57,449 nt of DNA, taken from NCBI GenBank assembly GCA_963788655.1, contig CAWBHS010000091.1, positions 1 to 57,449 on the forward strand, in the 5' to 3' direction. Shown in pieces: positions 20,603 through 30,944 of the stretch. The notes under the pieces were generated by a model. That model was given only the letters and a program-made list of their open reading frames with translations. It had not been told where the DNA came from and did no database searches. Position 1 is the first letter of the stretch, and every line of letters starts with the position of its first letter. This DNA comes from an uncultured Verrucomicrobiae bacterium. GTDB lineage: Bacteria > Verrucomicrobiota > Verrucomicrobiia > Limisphaerales > JAFGQR01. The position numbers and the translations under genes were made by a program.

Positions 20603-21645
20603 GCAAACAAGGCGTCTTGCTGGTCAATCTCGGCTCGCCCGATTCCCCCTCGGTCGGCGACGTGCGCCGTTATTTGGGCGAGTTCCTGATGGACCCACGG
20701 GTGCTGGACGTGGCGTATCCCTTGCGGTGGTTGATCGTCCACGGCGCTATTCTGCCCCGGCGCCCGAAAGCTTCCGCCGAAGCCTATCAAAAGATTTGGA
20801 CCGAAGAAGGTTCGCCGCTCATCGTCACGAGCCGCAAAATCCGTGACGCCCTGCGTCCGCATCTGCGGATGCCGGTGGAACTGGCCATGCGGTATCAGAA
20901 TCCGACCATCGAAGACGCCATTGCCAGCTTGCGCCAACAAGGCGTCGAACGATTGTTGCTCGTGCCGCTATTCCCGCACTACGCCATGTCGAGTTTTGAA
21001 ACGGCGGTAGTGCGCGTACAAGAAATCAAGGACCGGTTAGCGCCCCAGATGCAGGTGGAGGTGGTTTCCCCTTATTTCGAAGACCCGGATTACATCGAAG
21101 CACTCGTGGCCAGCGCCGCGGATTACCTCGAACAAGATTACGACCATCTCTTGTTCAGTTTTCACGGCTTGCCCGAGCGGCATTTGCGCAAGTCCGATCC
21201 CACCTGCCACCATTGCCTGCTGGTGGAAAGCTGTTGCGAAGTGGTCAGCGAGGCGCATCGGACCTGCTATCGTGTGCAATGCTTCCGGACCACCGAGGCG
21301 TTTGTGAACCAGGCCGGCGTCACCCGCTACTCGGTGGCCTTTCAATCCCGTCTGGGCCGCGAGCCCTGGCTGCAGCCCTACACCGATCACGAACTCGTCC
21401 GCCTGGCCAGGGACGGCATCAAGAAACTCTTGGTGATTTGTCCGGCATTCGTAGCTGACTGTCTCGAAACGCTCGAGGAAATCGGCATCCGCGGCCGCGA
21501 GCAGTTTCTGGCCAACGGCGGCGAAGAACTTACTTTGATTCCCTGTATGAACACACATCCGCGGTGGATTGGGGCGCTGGAAAAAATGGTGACCCGCGCC
21601 TTTTCAAGTCCGCAACTTAACCTGGAACCTGCAAACGCTGTATGA
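20599..21645 (+). CDS. hemH: Ferrochelatase
   Basis: LVNLGSP, AMRY, LFPHYA, FSFHGLP, FQSRLG..WLQP, FVADCLETLEE, Cys-rich insert. ATGA overlap with hemG. Confidence 0.96.
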   Translation: MSKQGVLLVNLGSPDSPSVGDVRRYLGEFLMDPRVLDVAYPLRWLIVHGAILPRRPKASAEAYQKIWTEEGSPLIVTSRKIRDALRPHLRMPVELAMRYQNPTIEDAIASLRQQGVERLLLVPLFPHYAMSSFETAVVRVQEIKDRLAPQMQVEVVSPYFEDPDYIEALVASAADYLEQDYDHLLFSFHGLPERHLRKSDPTCHHCLLVESCCEVVSEAHRTCYRVQCFRTTEAFVNQAGVTRYSVAFQSRLGREPWLQPYTDHELVRLARDGIKKLLVICPAFVADCLETLEEIGIRGREQFLANGGEELTLIPCMNTHPRWIGALEKMVTRAFSSPQLNLEPANAV

Positions 21646-23071
21646 GTCTTCTCGTTGTTCCCACTGGCAAAGCAAAATACACTTGGCGCGACGTATCCCG
21701 CCTGGGCCCCCCCAAACGCGGCGCAACCCAACGCACCCAGGACTTTTGCGAAATCTATAACCTTTACGATGAAGAGACGATTCGGCAACAGGCCAGCCGT
21801 TGCATCGGTTGCCCGGAAGGCACCTGCATGCAAGGCTGCCCGTTGAACAATCGCATTCCCGAATGGATGGCGCTCGCGGCGGAAGGCCGTTTCCTCGAAG
21901 CCGCCGAAGTCTCCCGCTCGACCAGCAACATACCGGAAATCTGCTCGCGGATCTGCCCGCAGGAGCGGCTGTGTGAATCGTCCTGCCTGCTCAACGTGCA
22001 TACCGACGCCGTTTGCATCGGGGCCATCGAACGATTCATCAACGAATATGCCTTCGCCCACGGCGCCGTCGAAACCACCGTGGCGCCGCCCAACGGATTC
22101 AAAGCCGCGATCATCGGTTCGGGTCCCGGCGGGATTGCTTGTGCCGACGAACTCGCCAAGCTCGGTTACGCGGTCACCATTTTCGAAGCCTTCAACATCC
22201 CTGGCGGTTTGCTGGTCAATGGCATTCCGTCGTTCAAACTGGAGAAAGGCGTGGTGGAACGGCGGATGAATATTCTTGCGGGACCGCGGGCGTGGAAGTC
22301 CGGCTGGGAGTCCGCCTGGGCAAGGACATTTCGCTGGGGCAATTGCAGCAGGATTATGATGCCGTGTTCCTGGCGATCGGCGCCCAAAAACACAAGCAGC
22401 TTGGCTTGCCGGGCGCCGAGTTGACCAATGTCTTCGAGTCGTTGCCATTTCTGGTGGAAAAAAATGTCAACGTCGAGGGCGAGGCGCCGCAAATCGAGGT
22501 CGAAGGCAAACGCGTCGCCGTCCTGGGCGGTGGCGACACCGCGATGGATTGTTTACGCACCGCCATCCGTTCCGGCGCGAGCGAAGCGATTTGTCTGTAT
22601 CGCCGCGATTTTGACAACATGCCCGGCAGCCGCCAGGAATACGCCAACGCCACCGAAGAAGGAGCGAAGTTTCATTTTCTCACCAATCCCATCGCCCTGC
22701 TCGGTAATTCGCATGGCGAAGTGGAACGGGTGAAATGCGTCCGCATGGAACTGGGCGCGCCCGACGCCAGCGGCCGACGTAAGCCGCGTCCCATTACCGG
22801 CTCGGAATTTGAAGAGCCTGCCGACATTGTGATTGTGGCGTACGGCTTTGACCCGGAACCATTCCCCGAGGGCAGCGATCTGGCGCAAATCCAAGTCAAC
22901 CAATGGGGCGGTGTCATTGTGGATGACAACCAAATGACCAGCGTTCCCGGTGTCTTTGCCGGCGGTGACATTGTGCGCGGGCCCAGCCTAGTCGTTCATT
23001 CCGTCCGCGACGGGCGTCTGGCGGCCGAGGGCATTCACCAGTATTTGATGGCTCGTAGCGTCGTGCTTTAG
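21642..23071 (+). CDS. GltD-like NAD(P)H-dependent FeS flavoprotein (one frameshift near 22280)
   Basis: CIGCPEGTCMQGCP, CSRICPQERLCESSC, IIGSGPGG, VLGGGDTAMDC, YRR, GVFAGGD. No gltB in the window. Confidence 0.9.
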
Positions 23072-23333
23072 GCCGGCGGTTTGCATTCACATTCTGAAGC
23101 ACGAGCACCGTAGTCTGTTCGCGCTTTCCTGCCGGCGCACCACTTGCAGCCGGCCAAATCCTGGTTGCGTCGAATAGCTCGGCCAAGCTTCCTCCTTCAA
23201 AATTGCCGCGACCCGGATGATTGCGCAACGGCGCCACCGAATCGAGGAAGCACGGCTTCCATGGTTACCGCACAAAATTCACCACACAAAATCCGCTTCC
23301 CTTTTGGAGCGGGATCGTGATTAACTCCGCGTT

Positions 23334-23669
23334 GTGCGTGTTAATGTGGGCATGTGGGACAATCTGAATCGAACGCTGCACCGAGTCGCGGTGGTCCTGT
23401 TGTTTGTGGCTGGCGGGCTGGGCGTATTCTTTTGGTACTTACCTCTCATTCATCAAAACCAACGCTACCGCAAGGAAATCCTGGAGTTGGATGCGCGCAT
23501 TACCGAGCAGGAACAGGTGGCCAAACATCTCAAGGCCGCCACTGACGCCATCGAACGGGATCCGAACATGCTCGAACGGTTGGCCCGGGAAAAACTGGGT
23601 TACGCCCGCGCGAACGAAACCGTGATCCGTTTTGAGCCGGCCGAGCGACTGCAACGCGCTGCCAGGTAA
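23334..23669 (+). CDS. Septum formation initiator (FtsB/DivIC family)
   Basis: One TM, a coiled coil, then DPNMLERLAREKLGYARANETVIRF. Confidence 0.85.
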   Translation: MRVNVGMWDNLNRTLHRVAVVLLFVAGGLGVFFWYLPLIHQNQRYRKEILELDARITEQEQVAKHLKAATDAIERDPNMLERLAREKLGYARANETVIRFEPAERLQRAAR

Positions 23670-23771
23670 TCGCAACCCCTTCCGAATCCGGTCGCGTCAA
23701 GAGTGCGTCATGGGGAAAAGCCCAAGGTTAAGTCAACGTGCCTTGGCGGTGAAATCGGGCGGGCGTTCTGC

Positions 23772-24617
23772 CTATACCTCCTTCACAATTCCCCAATACA
23801 CATCGAGCCGTTTGGCCAGGTAAAGCTTCACGGCCTTGACCAGCACTTTGGCTTCGAGTTGCTGGCCGGCGGTCACGATGTCTTGGAGCGTCATTTGTGG
23901 TCGGATGGGAAAACTGCCCTGGGCAATGATCGGGCCTTCGTCCAGGTCCATCGTTACAAAGTGCGCCGTCACCCCCACGATCTTGACCCCGCGCTCGTAA
24001 GCTTGCCGGTAGGCTTGGGCGCCGGGGAAACTGGGCAGCAGCGAAGGATGGATGTTGAGGATTTTGTTTTTGAAGCGCCACACGAAGTTTGGCGAAAGAA
24101 TCTTCATGAACCGGGCCAACACCACGAAATCCACTTCGTGTTCCTCCAAAACCTCCAGCGCCGTCCGTTCTGCTTCGGTTCGTTCTAGCCAGGGAACGTG
24201 TATGAACGGAATGCCCGCCTGCTCCGCCAGCGGTTTCAGATCAGTGCGGTTGGCCAACACGAGAATCGGGTCGGCCTTTAACCGCCGGGCGCGATGTTCC
24301 TTCAGCAGGGCTTCGAAGCAGTGCGGTTCTTTGGTGACCATGATCGCCATCCGCTGACGCCGGTGCGGTTTACTGGCCCGCAACTTGATTTCCATCTTCA
24401 ATTCGGCGGCCAGTTGTTGCAAACCAACCTGCAACTGGTCGGGATGCCATTGGCGGCGGTTCCAGGACGCTTGCAGCACCATGCTGAACTGACCGCGGGT
24501 GACTTGTTCCTCCAGCGCCTCGATATTCGCGCCCTGTTCGAACAGGAAATTCGTCACGCGGGCAATCACCCCGGTCTTATCCCGACCAATCACCGTGACG
24601 GTGGCAAACTCTTTCAT
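23772..24617 (-). CDS. purU: Formyltetrahydrofolate deformylase
   Basis: ACT domain (GRDKTGVIARVT), then VLARFMKILS, NIHPSLLPSF, TAHFVTMDLDEGPII. Real ATG is at 24617. Confidence 0.93.
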   Translation of the reverse strand: MKEFATVTVIGRDKTGVIARVTNFLFEQGANIEALEEQVTRGQFSMVLQASWNRRQWHPDQLQVGLQQLAAELKMEIKLRASKPHRRQRMAIMVTKEPHCFEALLKEHRARRLKADPILVLANRTDLKPLAEQAGIPFIHVPWLERTEAERTALEVLEEHEVDFVVLARFMKILSPNFVWRFKNKILNIHPSLLPSFPGAQAYRQAYERGVKIVGVTAHFVTMDLDEGPIIAQGSFPIRPQMTLQDIVTAGQQLEAKVLVKAVKLYLAKRLDVYWGIVKEV

Positions 24618-24624
24618 TGCCTCG

Positions 24625-26118
24625 CTACTTGGATTCGGCCGCCGGTTCCGGCGTGGCTTCGGTTTGCGGCAGATCCGATCCCACGGCGCGTTGCAATTGC
24701 GCCAGGGCCACCACATATCCATTCAACGCCTGGACATTGGTGGTGCGCGCTTCGGTCAGGGAAGTCTGGGCGTTCAGCACGTCAAGCTGAGTGCCGGTGC
24801 CGGCATCATACCGGGCCTTGGCCAGACGCAAGGCTTCGTCGGCCTGTTCGAGCACTTTCTTTTGGGATTCGAGGACTTCCTTCGCCTCGATGAATTGGGA
24901 ATAGGCGGTGCGGATTTCCAGTTCAATCCGGCGGGACAAATCCTGCACTTCCACCTGGGATTTTTCATAAAGCGCTTTGGCTTGGGCCACCTTGCCCCGG
25001 GTCAGGGTGCCGTCGAAAATATTCCAGTTGAACTCCACTCCGGCATTCAAGCCCGCGACATCCTCGTAGAAGTCGCGCCGAAAACTCGAATTGCGCGCGC
25101 CATAACCGCCATAGACCTGCACACTGGGCCAGTATCCGCCCTTCGCCATGGTGACGTTTTCCTTCTGCAAGAGACTGCCCTTACCCGCCACTTTCAACTC
25201 CGGGCGATCCCGCAACCCTTGGGCAATCGCCGCCGGCAGTTCAATCGTGTATGGCGTCTCGGCCAACCGATCCGATAGGTGCAGGGGAATGTCTTCCCAG
25301 ATATTGGAAGGCAGATTGTAGCCCAGCACATTGACCAGAGTGCTCTTGGCAATGCGATAGGCGTTTTTGGCGCGGATCAGCCGGGGTTGGGCGTTGGCCA
25401 CTTCGACTTCGGCGCGCAGCACGTTGAAGCGCGGTACCGTGCCGGCATCGAAGCGGCGGGTGGTGTCCTGCAACTCCTTCTTCAACAATTCCACCGAAGC
25501 CACCTGGACCGCGATCTCCTGTTCGGCCAGCAGGACGCTGTAATAGTTGGTGCGCACCTGCAATAGCGTATCGGCAACCACGGTCTGGTACTGGTAAACG
25601 GCCTGCTCGCGCGTAAGCCGGGCCGCCCGCAACGACGACCAGATCCGTCCGCCCTCGAAAATCGATTGCACGAGCCGGATGTTGCCGGTCCACTTGTCTT
25701 TGATCGGCGGGAACGCCTCACTGATGTTGCTGGACCCGGAACTCGAACCCGGAAAACTCGGCACCTCGACCGCTTCGTCGTGCGTGTAGCCGGCACTGCC
25801 CACCAAACGGGGAATGGCGATGGCCCGAGTTTGAATGACCACCCCATGCGCCGCTTCCAGGTCGTGATTGGCTTTGAGGATATTGGCGTTTTGCCGGAGG
25901 GCGATGTTGACGGCATCGGTGAGCGACATGGGTTGCGAAAGCCAGCCCGGCACCGCATTCGTCGAGTTCGTTTGAGCGTGCAGACCTATCCCGCTCCCAA
26001 GAACCGCGACGCAGCCGCACAAAACGATCAGTAATGGCCGGCAACGCTGCGAGTTGAATGGCAGACTTGGTTTTGCGGTCGCTTTCGAAAATATCGTCAT
26101 CAATTGTCTCATATCCAA
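24625..26118 (-). CDS. TolC family outer-membrane protein
   Basis: Signal peptide and two OEP repeats (RFDAGTVPRFNVLRAE; RYDAGTGTQLDVLNAQ). Confidence 0.92.
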   Translation of the reverse strand: MDMRQLMTIFSKATAKPSLPFNSQRCRPLLIVLCGCVAVLGSGIGLHAQTNSTNAVPGWLSQPMSLTDAVNIALRQNANILKANHDLEAAHGVVIQTRAIAIPRLVGSAGYTHDEAVEVPSFPGSSSGSSNISEAFPPIKDKWTGNIRLVQSIFEGGRIWSSLRAARLTREQAVYQYQTVVADTLLQVRTNYYSVLLAEQEIAVQVASVELLKKELQDTTRRFDAGTVPRFNVLRAEVEVANAQPRLIRAKNAYRIAKSTLVNVLGYNLPSNIWEDIPLHLSDRLAETPYTIELPAAIAQGLRDRPELKVAGKGSLLQKENVTMAKGGYWPSVQVYGGYGARNSSFRRDFYEDVAGLNAGVEFNWNIFDGTLTRGKVAQAKALYEKSQVEVQDLSRRIELEIRTAYSQFIEAKEVLESQKKVLEQADEALRLAKARYDAGTGTQLDVLNAQTSLTEARTTNVQALNGYVVALAQLQRAVGSDLPQTEATPEPAAESK

Positions 26119-26527
26119 GAACCTTCTGTGCCTTCACTGGCGGCCCTGCCGGCGTCGCCGGCCAGCATGTCGCGCAGACCTTCCCGGCCCGACGGCATTG
26201 CCGTCTCACCATAGAGGTATTGGGGTATGGGATGCCAGCGGATTCGTTGGAGCCCGCGGGAGCGGTGCGGGGTCGGTCCCGATAATTTGCAGTCGGCTCG
26301 CTTTGGTCCCTGGTGAGCAATCGGGGGTCGGAACGCTCAGGCTCGGCGGCTTCGGCTCATTCTTTAGCCCGCTTGGCGACAAGTTCTTGAGAAAGCATAC
26401 TCAGCTTGTACAGGCTGGGATCTTGAAAATTACTCACAAGTTGCCTGTGGAGGTAGTTCCTCGCCGCGGCTCTCTGACCTTGACCAATTCCGCCCGTGAC
26501 TTACGAGACGCCGTTACACCAAGACCG

Positions 26528-27871
26528 TCAACCGCCTAACGCTGCCGGGGCGCTGATGTCGCCTTTGTTGAATCCGACGTATTCTTCCGTCAGATCCGCG
26601 GCGTAGATGTAAGCGCTCGAACGACCGAGGTTCAGGTTGACGTGGAGATCAAATTCCTTGGCGGCGACTGCTTTGCAGAGCTGCTTGAAGGTGACTTTGG
26701 TCGGCTGGCCACGCTTGAGGCTCCAGAGAACCTTGGAACTGCCTGGTGTGCTGTAGCCAATATCAACCTTTCCCTCGACCACCTCGGCGGAACTGTAACC
26801 CAACGCGTCAATAATACGTCCCCAATTCGGATCGCCGCCGAACCAACTGGTTTTCACCAACGCACTGTTGGCCACCGCGCGCGCGGCGGCATCAGCATCG
26901 TGAAAATTCCGCGCGCCATTCACGCGTACTGTGACGAAACGGGTCACGCCTTCGCCATCCCGCACGATCATCTTGGCCAGCTCCAGGCAGACGTGGTTGA
27001 GGGCGTCCTGAAACACTTGGAAGTCCGGCACGCGGCGCAGCACGTTGTAACCGGACTTGAGCCGCGGATTTTCCGCCAGCCCGTTAGCCATTAGAAGCAC
27101 GGTGTCGTTGGTGCTCATGTCGCCATCCACCGTGATGCAATTGAAACTCTGGGCCACAGCCTCCTGCAATGCCGCCTGGAGCGCGCGCGGCTCGACGTCG
27201 GCATCGGTGGTCAAAAAGCACAGCATGGTTGCGTGCAGCGGTCGGGCTGCCGGACGGCGTCCCGACGCGCTCATGCCGGGTTGGATCATGCCGGCACCTT
27301 TACAGATGCCCCCAAGTCGAACGGTTTTGCCGCCCAGTTCGAAGGCCACGGCGATCTGCTTGGCGTGAGTGTCGCTGGTGAGGATGGCCTCGGCGGCGAA
27401 CGTCGCGTCGGCCACCGTGCTACCCAAGCTCGTCGCCGCCCGGTGAATGCCGGTTCGCACCCGTTCCATCGGCAGGGGCAATCCAATCCGACCGGTCGAG
27501 GCCACCAGTACCTGGTTGGCCGGTATTTTGAATTCCCGGGCCACCAGCGCCGCCATCTCAGTTGCGTCCTGCCGGCCTTGTTTGCCGGTACAGGCATTGG
27601 CGTTGCCGGAATTGGCCACCACGGCCCGGGCCACGCCGCGAGCCACGCGCGGGATACAAACTTTGACCGGGGCGGCGGCGATTTGGTTGGTGGTGAACAT
27701 GCCCGCGACGGCGCACGGCATTTCCGAAAGGATCAGGGCCACGTCCGGCTTTTGGCCTTTCTGCGAGCCTTTGCCCGTGCTCAGGCCCTGGACGCCGCAG
27801 TACACGCCCGCCGCCAGGAAACCCTGCGGAGCGACCACCGAACCAGCAATTGTTTTGAATGATGTTTTCAT
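26528..27871 (-). CDS. argJ: Ornithine acetyltransferase / N-acetylglutamate synthase
   Basis: NSGNANACTG, STGRIG, KGAGMI, ATML, DGDMSTND, DGEG, DPNWGR. Confidence 0.97.
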   Translation of the reverse strand: MKTSFKTIAGSVVAPQGFLAAGVYCGVQGLSTGKGSQKGQKPDVALILSEMPCAVAGMFTTNQIAAAPVKVCIPRVARGVARAVVANSGNANACTGKQGRQDATEMAALVAREFKIPANQVLVASTGRIGLPLPMERVRTGIHRAATSLGSTVADATFAAEAILTSDTHAKQIAVAFELGGKTVRLGGICKGAGMIQPGMSASGRRPAARPLHATMLCFLTTDADVEPRALQAALQEAVAQSFNCITVDGDMSTNDTVLLMANGLAENPRLKSGYNVLRRVPDFQVFQDALNHVCLELAKMIVRDGEGVTRFVTVRVNGARNFHDADAAARAVANSALVKTSWFGGDPNWGRIIDALGYSSAEVVEGKVDIGYSTPGSSKVLWSLKRGQPTKVTFKQLCKAVAAKEFDLHVNLNLGRSSAYIYAADLTEEYVGFNKGDISAPAALGG

Positions 27872-28012
27872 ACGATGAGAATTGAGCTTGGCCCGCGGAT
27901 GACGCGGGTTAGAGAAAAAGGAAACTGGGCGCCGGCCGCCACCGGTCGGACCGCACGAATGGCAGGCCCATTCGGAGGCGTGGAAGCAAGGCGAGAAATT
28001 GAAAGCCAGTCA

Positions 28013-29074
28013 TCATATCAAGCCGGCCGTTTCGGGATAACCACCCAGGATGTTCATGGCCTGCACCGCCTGGCCGCTGGCGCCCTTGACCAGATTATCT
28101 TCGGCGCTCATGACCAATAGCCGCCCCGTGCGTGGGTCAAGCCGCCAAGCGATCTCGATGACATTCGTGCCGGTAACATTCTTGGTGTCGGGCAACGCCT
28201 TGCCTTCCAACAGTCGCACAAACGGCTCTTGGCCGTACGCCGTCTGATAGCACCCGGCAATCTGTTCCGCGACGGCGTTCATTTCGATTTCGTTGGAAAA
28301 CGGCTGCGTCGGCGCCAAATACAGCGTGGTGAGAATGCCCCGGGTGACGGGAATCAGGTGCGGCGTGAACTGCAAGGTCACGGGCGTGCCCGCCGCCTCG
28401 GAGAGTTGTTCTTCAATCTCGGAAAGATGCCGGTGTTTCGGCACGCCGTAGGGCCGCACACTTTCGTTGCACTCGCAAAAAAGGTAACCCACTTCAGCCT
28501 TGCGCCCGGCACCGCTGACCCCGCTCAGCGAATCGGCGATCATGCCGTGCGGCTTGACCAATCGCGAGCGCAACAAAGGAATGACGGGGAGCAAGACACT
28601 GGTCGGGTAACATCCGGGCGAGGCAATGAGGAGGGCCTTTTTGATTTGGTCCCGATAGATTTCAGGCAGACCATAGACCGACTTGGCCAATAAGTCCGGC
28701 GCCGGATGGTCGTGGCCGTAGAATTCCCGGTACACGGCGGAGCTTTTCAGACGGAAGTCGGCGCTCAGATCGATGACCTGGCACCCTTGTTGGAGCAGTG
28801 GCACCGCAAATTCCGCCGCCACCCCGTGCGGCAATGCCAGAAAAACAATGGCGGCCTGTTTGGCCAGCAACTCGGGAATGGGTTCGCAGAACCGGAGATC
28901 ACGCGCCGGGGGATACTGGGCGAACTTTGGAAACACCTGGGCCAGCGTCTGCCCGGCATATTGACGGGAGGTTACCGTGACGAGATCCACGTGCGGATGC
29001 TGCAATAGCAACCGCACCAGTTCCTCGCCGGAGTAACCGGAAGCCCCGACAATCGCGACGGTGTGTTTCTTCAT
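28013..29074 (-). CDS. argC: N-acetyl-gamma-glutamyl-phosphate reductase
   Basis: IVGASGYSG, LALPHG, DLSADFR, PGCYPT, SGVSGAG, HRH, DNLVKGASGQAVQ. Confidence 0.97.
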   Translation of the reverse strand: MKKHTVAIVGASGYSGEELVRLLLQHPHVDLVTVTSRQYAGQTLAQVFPKFAQYPPARDLRFCEPIPELLAKQAAIVFLALPHGVAAEFAVPLLQQGCQVIDLSADFRLKSSAVYREFYGHDHPAPDLLAKSVYGLPEIYRDQIKKALLIASPGCYPTSVLLPVIPLLRSRLVKPHGMIADSLSGVSGAGRKAEVGYLFCECNESVRPYGVPKHRHLSEIEEQLSEAAGTPVTLQFTPHLIPVTRGILTTLYLAPTQPFSNEIEMNAVAEQIAGCYQTAYGQEPFVRLLEGKALPDTKNVTGTNVIEIAWRLDPRTGRLLVMSAEDNLVKGASGQAVQAMNILGGYPETAGLI

Positions 29075-29227
29075 GTTGTTATCGCCAACCAGTTGAGAAG
29101 GGTGCTGGGCGGCAATCATCAAAACGCCACCCTCGGCAGACCCTCGTCAACCGTGGCAAAAAATGTCGGCGTTTATATTGCTCAGGCATTCGGTCACGTT
29201 TCAAGCAATCATCGTAATTTTGCGAAC

Positions 29228-29645
29228 GCCGGCGGCACGTTCCCGCAGCGTGCTTCCGGCGTCCCGCCGGAAGAAACGAATGCACAATCGGCGCGCGCAT
29301 GGCCGGGGGGCTATGATTCGAAACGGGCCGTTCCAAACTGCCGGCAAGATGCCGGCAGCACGCTGCTGCAACGTGCTGCCGGCGTCCCGCCGGCAGAAAC
29401 GAAAGCAAGTGTCACGGTCGAATGAAAGAGCACGGTCGGGATGTGAATGACCAATCCTCAATGACCAAGCACCAGAGACTGGCCAAAGCCCAAGGCCCGA
29501 ATGAAGTAAGATCCGCAGAGCGTTGGGCAACTGGTCATTGGACATTGGAGATTGGAGATTCTCTGGGCTTTGTTTTTTGGGTTTTGGTCATTGGACCTTG
29601 TTCGGTCGGGCCGTTCCAAACTGCCGGCAAGTGCCGGCAGCACGT
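29228..29645. repeat. Repeat cluster: GTGCTGCCGGC-class palindromes plus an inverted heptamer array (29445-29598)
   Basis: ctgccggcaagatgccggcagcacg / cgtgctgccggcgtcccgccggcag; gggccgttccaaactgccggcaag repeated near 29325 and 29608; aatgacc / ttggtca-type heptamers. Confidence 0.8.
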
Positions 29646-29647
29646 TC

Positions 29648-30000
29648 TTATGGAACACTGGAGGGCGGCGCGCCACGTCGCTCAGTTCGGAACAGCTTGG
29701 CCAGTTCGTCGAGCAAGTCCTGGCACTCCGGTTTCACGGCCAGGTTTTCGTTCTCCTGGGGATCGGTCTGGTGATCGTAACGCTCACGCGATGCAAGTTC
29801 ACCTTTCCGGTTTCGCCATTCGACATAGCGGTATCGCTCGGTGTGCATTGCCGTGCCCTGGAAACCACGTTTGGGATACTCGCTGAAGACCGCCTTCTTC
29901 CACGGGCGTTGCGGAGCGGGACAAGGCTGGTGCCTTCCAGCCCGGCGGCGTCCACGGGCTGCGGCAGGCCGCAAAGCTCGACCAGCAGTTGGCGGTAGAG
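29648..30000 (-). pseudogene. C-terminal remnant of a sulfatase
   Basis: LVELCGLP..LEGTSLVPL..WKKAVFSEYP..ERYRYVEW..YDHQTDPQENENLA. The N-terminal CxPxR domain is absent. Confidence 0.7.
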
Positions 30001-30123
30001 TTCAGTTCCAAAGTAGGGGATCGTCGCGATTCTTGACGAGGACGCATAGACCCAGCAAATGCGTCCGGCTCGGTCGGCTCCAGGCTTGCTATCGGTGATC
30101 GGTGCGGTACATATTCATTCATT

Positions 30124-30735
30124 ATGGCAGCCCCCAAAACCGTGCAACATCTGAGTGAAGCCGAATACCTCACGATTGAACGCGCTGCGGAGTTCAAGAG
30201 TGAATTCTTTGATGGTGAAATGTTCGCCATGGCCGGGGGAACGCCCATGCATAGTTTAATTGGGGCCAACCTCATCGGGGAGTTGCGGACCAAACTTAAA
30301 GGCAGTCCCTGCATGCCGTTTACCAGTGATTTGCGCCTAAAAGTGGAGGCGACCGGTTTGCTCACTTATCCCGATGTGACGGTGATCTGTGGCCCCTTGC
30401 AATTCGCCGCTGGCACGGACGATACTGTGATCAATCCAACATTGATTGTGGAAGTGTTGTCCGACTCGACCGAGGCTTACGACCGCGGTGAGAAGTTTCA
30501 ACATTATCGACGGATACCTTCACTGCAAGAATACCTGCTCGTCAGTCAACGACGGCCGCGGCTTGAGCACTTCCAGCGTCGCCCGCAAGACGAATGGACG
30601 TTGCGAACGGCGGAGGAGCAAACAGCGACGCTGGCCCTGCCCTCGTTACAGATCACCCTCGAATTGCAGGAAGTCTTCGCCGGTGTCAAATTTGTGCCCG
30701 CGCCCATCCGCCCTCAATTACGACCGCCGGTTTGA
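30124..30735 (+). CDS. Uma2 (DUF820) family endonuclease-like protein
   Basis: EYLTIERAAEFKSEFFDGEMFAMAGG..H, YPDVTV, VEVLSDST..DRGEKF..Y. Confidence 0.92.
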   Translation: MAAPKTVQHLSEAEYLTIERAAEFKSEFFDGEMFAMAGGTPMHSLIGANLIGELRTKLKGSPCMPFTSDLRLKVEATGLLTYPDVTVICGPLQFAAGTDDTVINPTLIVEVLSDSTEAYDRGEKFQHYRRIPSLQEYLLVSQRRPRLEHFQRRPQDEWTLRTAEEQTATLALPSLQITLELQEVFAGVKFVPAPIRPQLRPPV

Positions 30736-30944
30736 ACCGGCAGGGTTCCGACAATTGCCGTCCGCTAGTCGCCCACCGCCACCGCAGGTGCAAGTTCGCC
30801 GTTTGAATTAACGGAAACGAACCATCATCCAAAAAAACACTGACCTGATGGAAACCGCCCAATAGTCAGCAGTCCAATCGTAGCGACCGCTTTCGCCGAA
30901 ACAGCCGTGACGTCCGGCCAGATCTCAGGCAAGCTTCAATCCTT

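Noticed and set aside
22260..22300. Programmed frameshift in the GltD-like gene (and in other split genes)
   Set aside because: No slippery heptamer or stimulatory structure, and similar indels occur throughout the window.
23075..23330. Possible small gene or ncRNA between the GltD-like gene and ftsB
   Set aside because: No convincing ORF, RBS or recognisable RNA motif.
29228..29645. Repeated palindromes resembling a CRISPR array
   Set aside because: Copies are in mixed orientation with irregular spacing, there is no constant repeat-spacer period, and no cas genes are present.
30880..30935. Glycine-riboswitch-like words (cgccgaa ... tctcaggcaa) upstream of GH43
   Set aside because: Lacks the GGAGA and GAAGG core elements and a clear P1 stem, and the downstream gene is unrelated. 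An Infernal scan would be needed to revive it.
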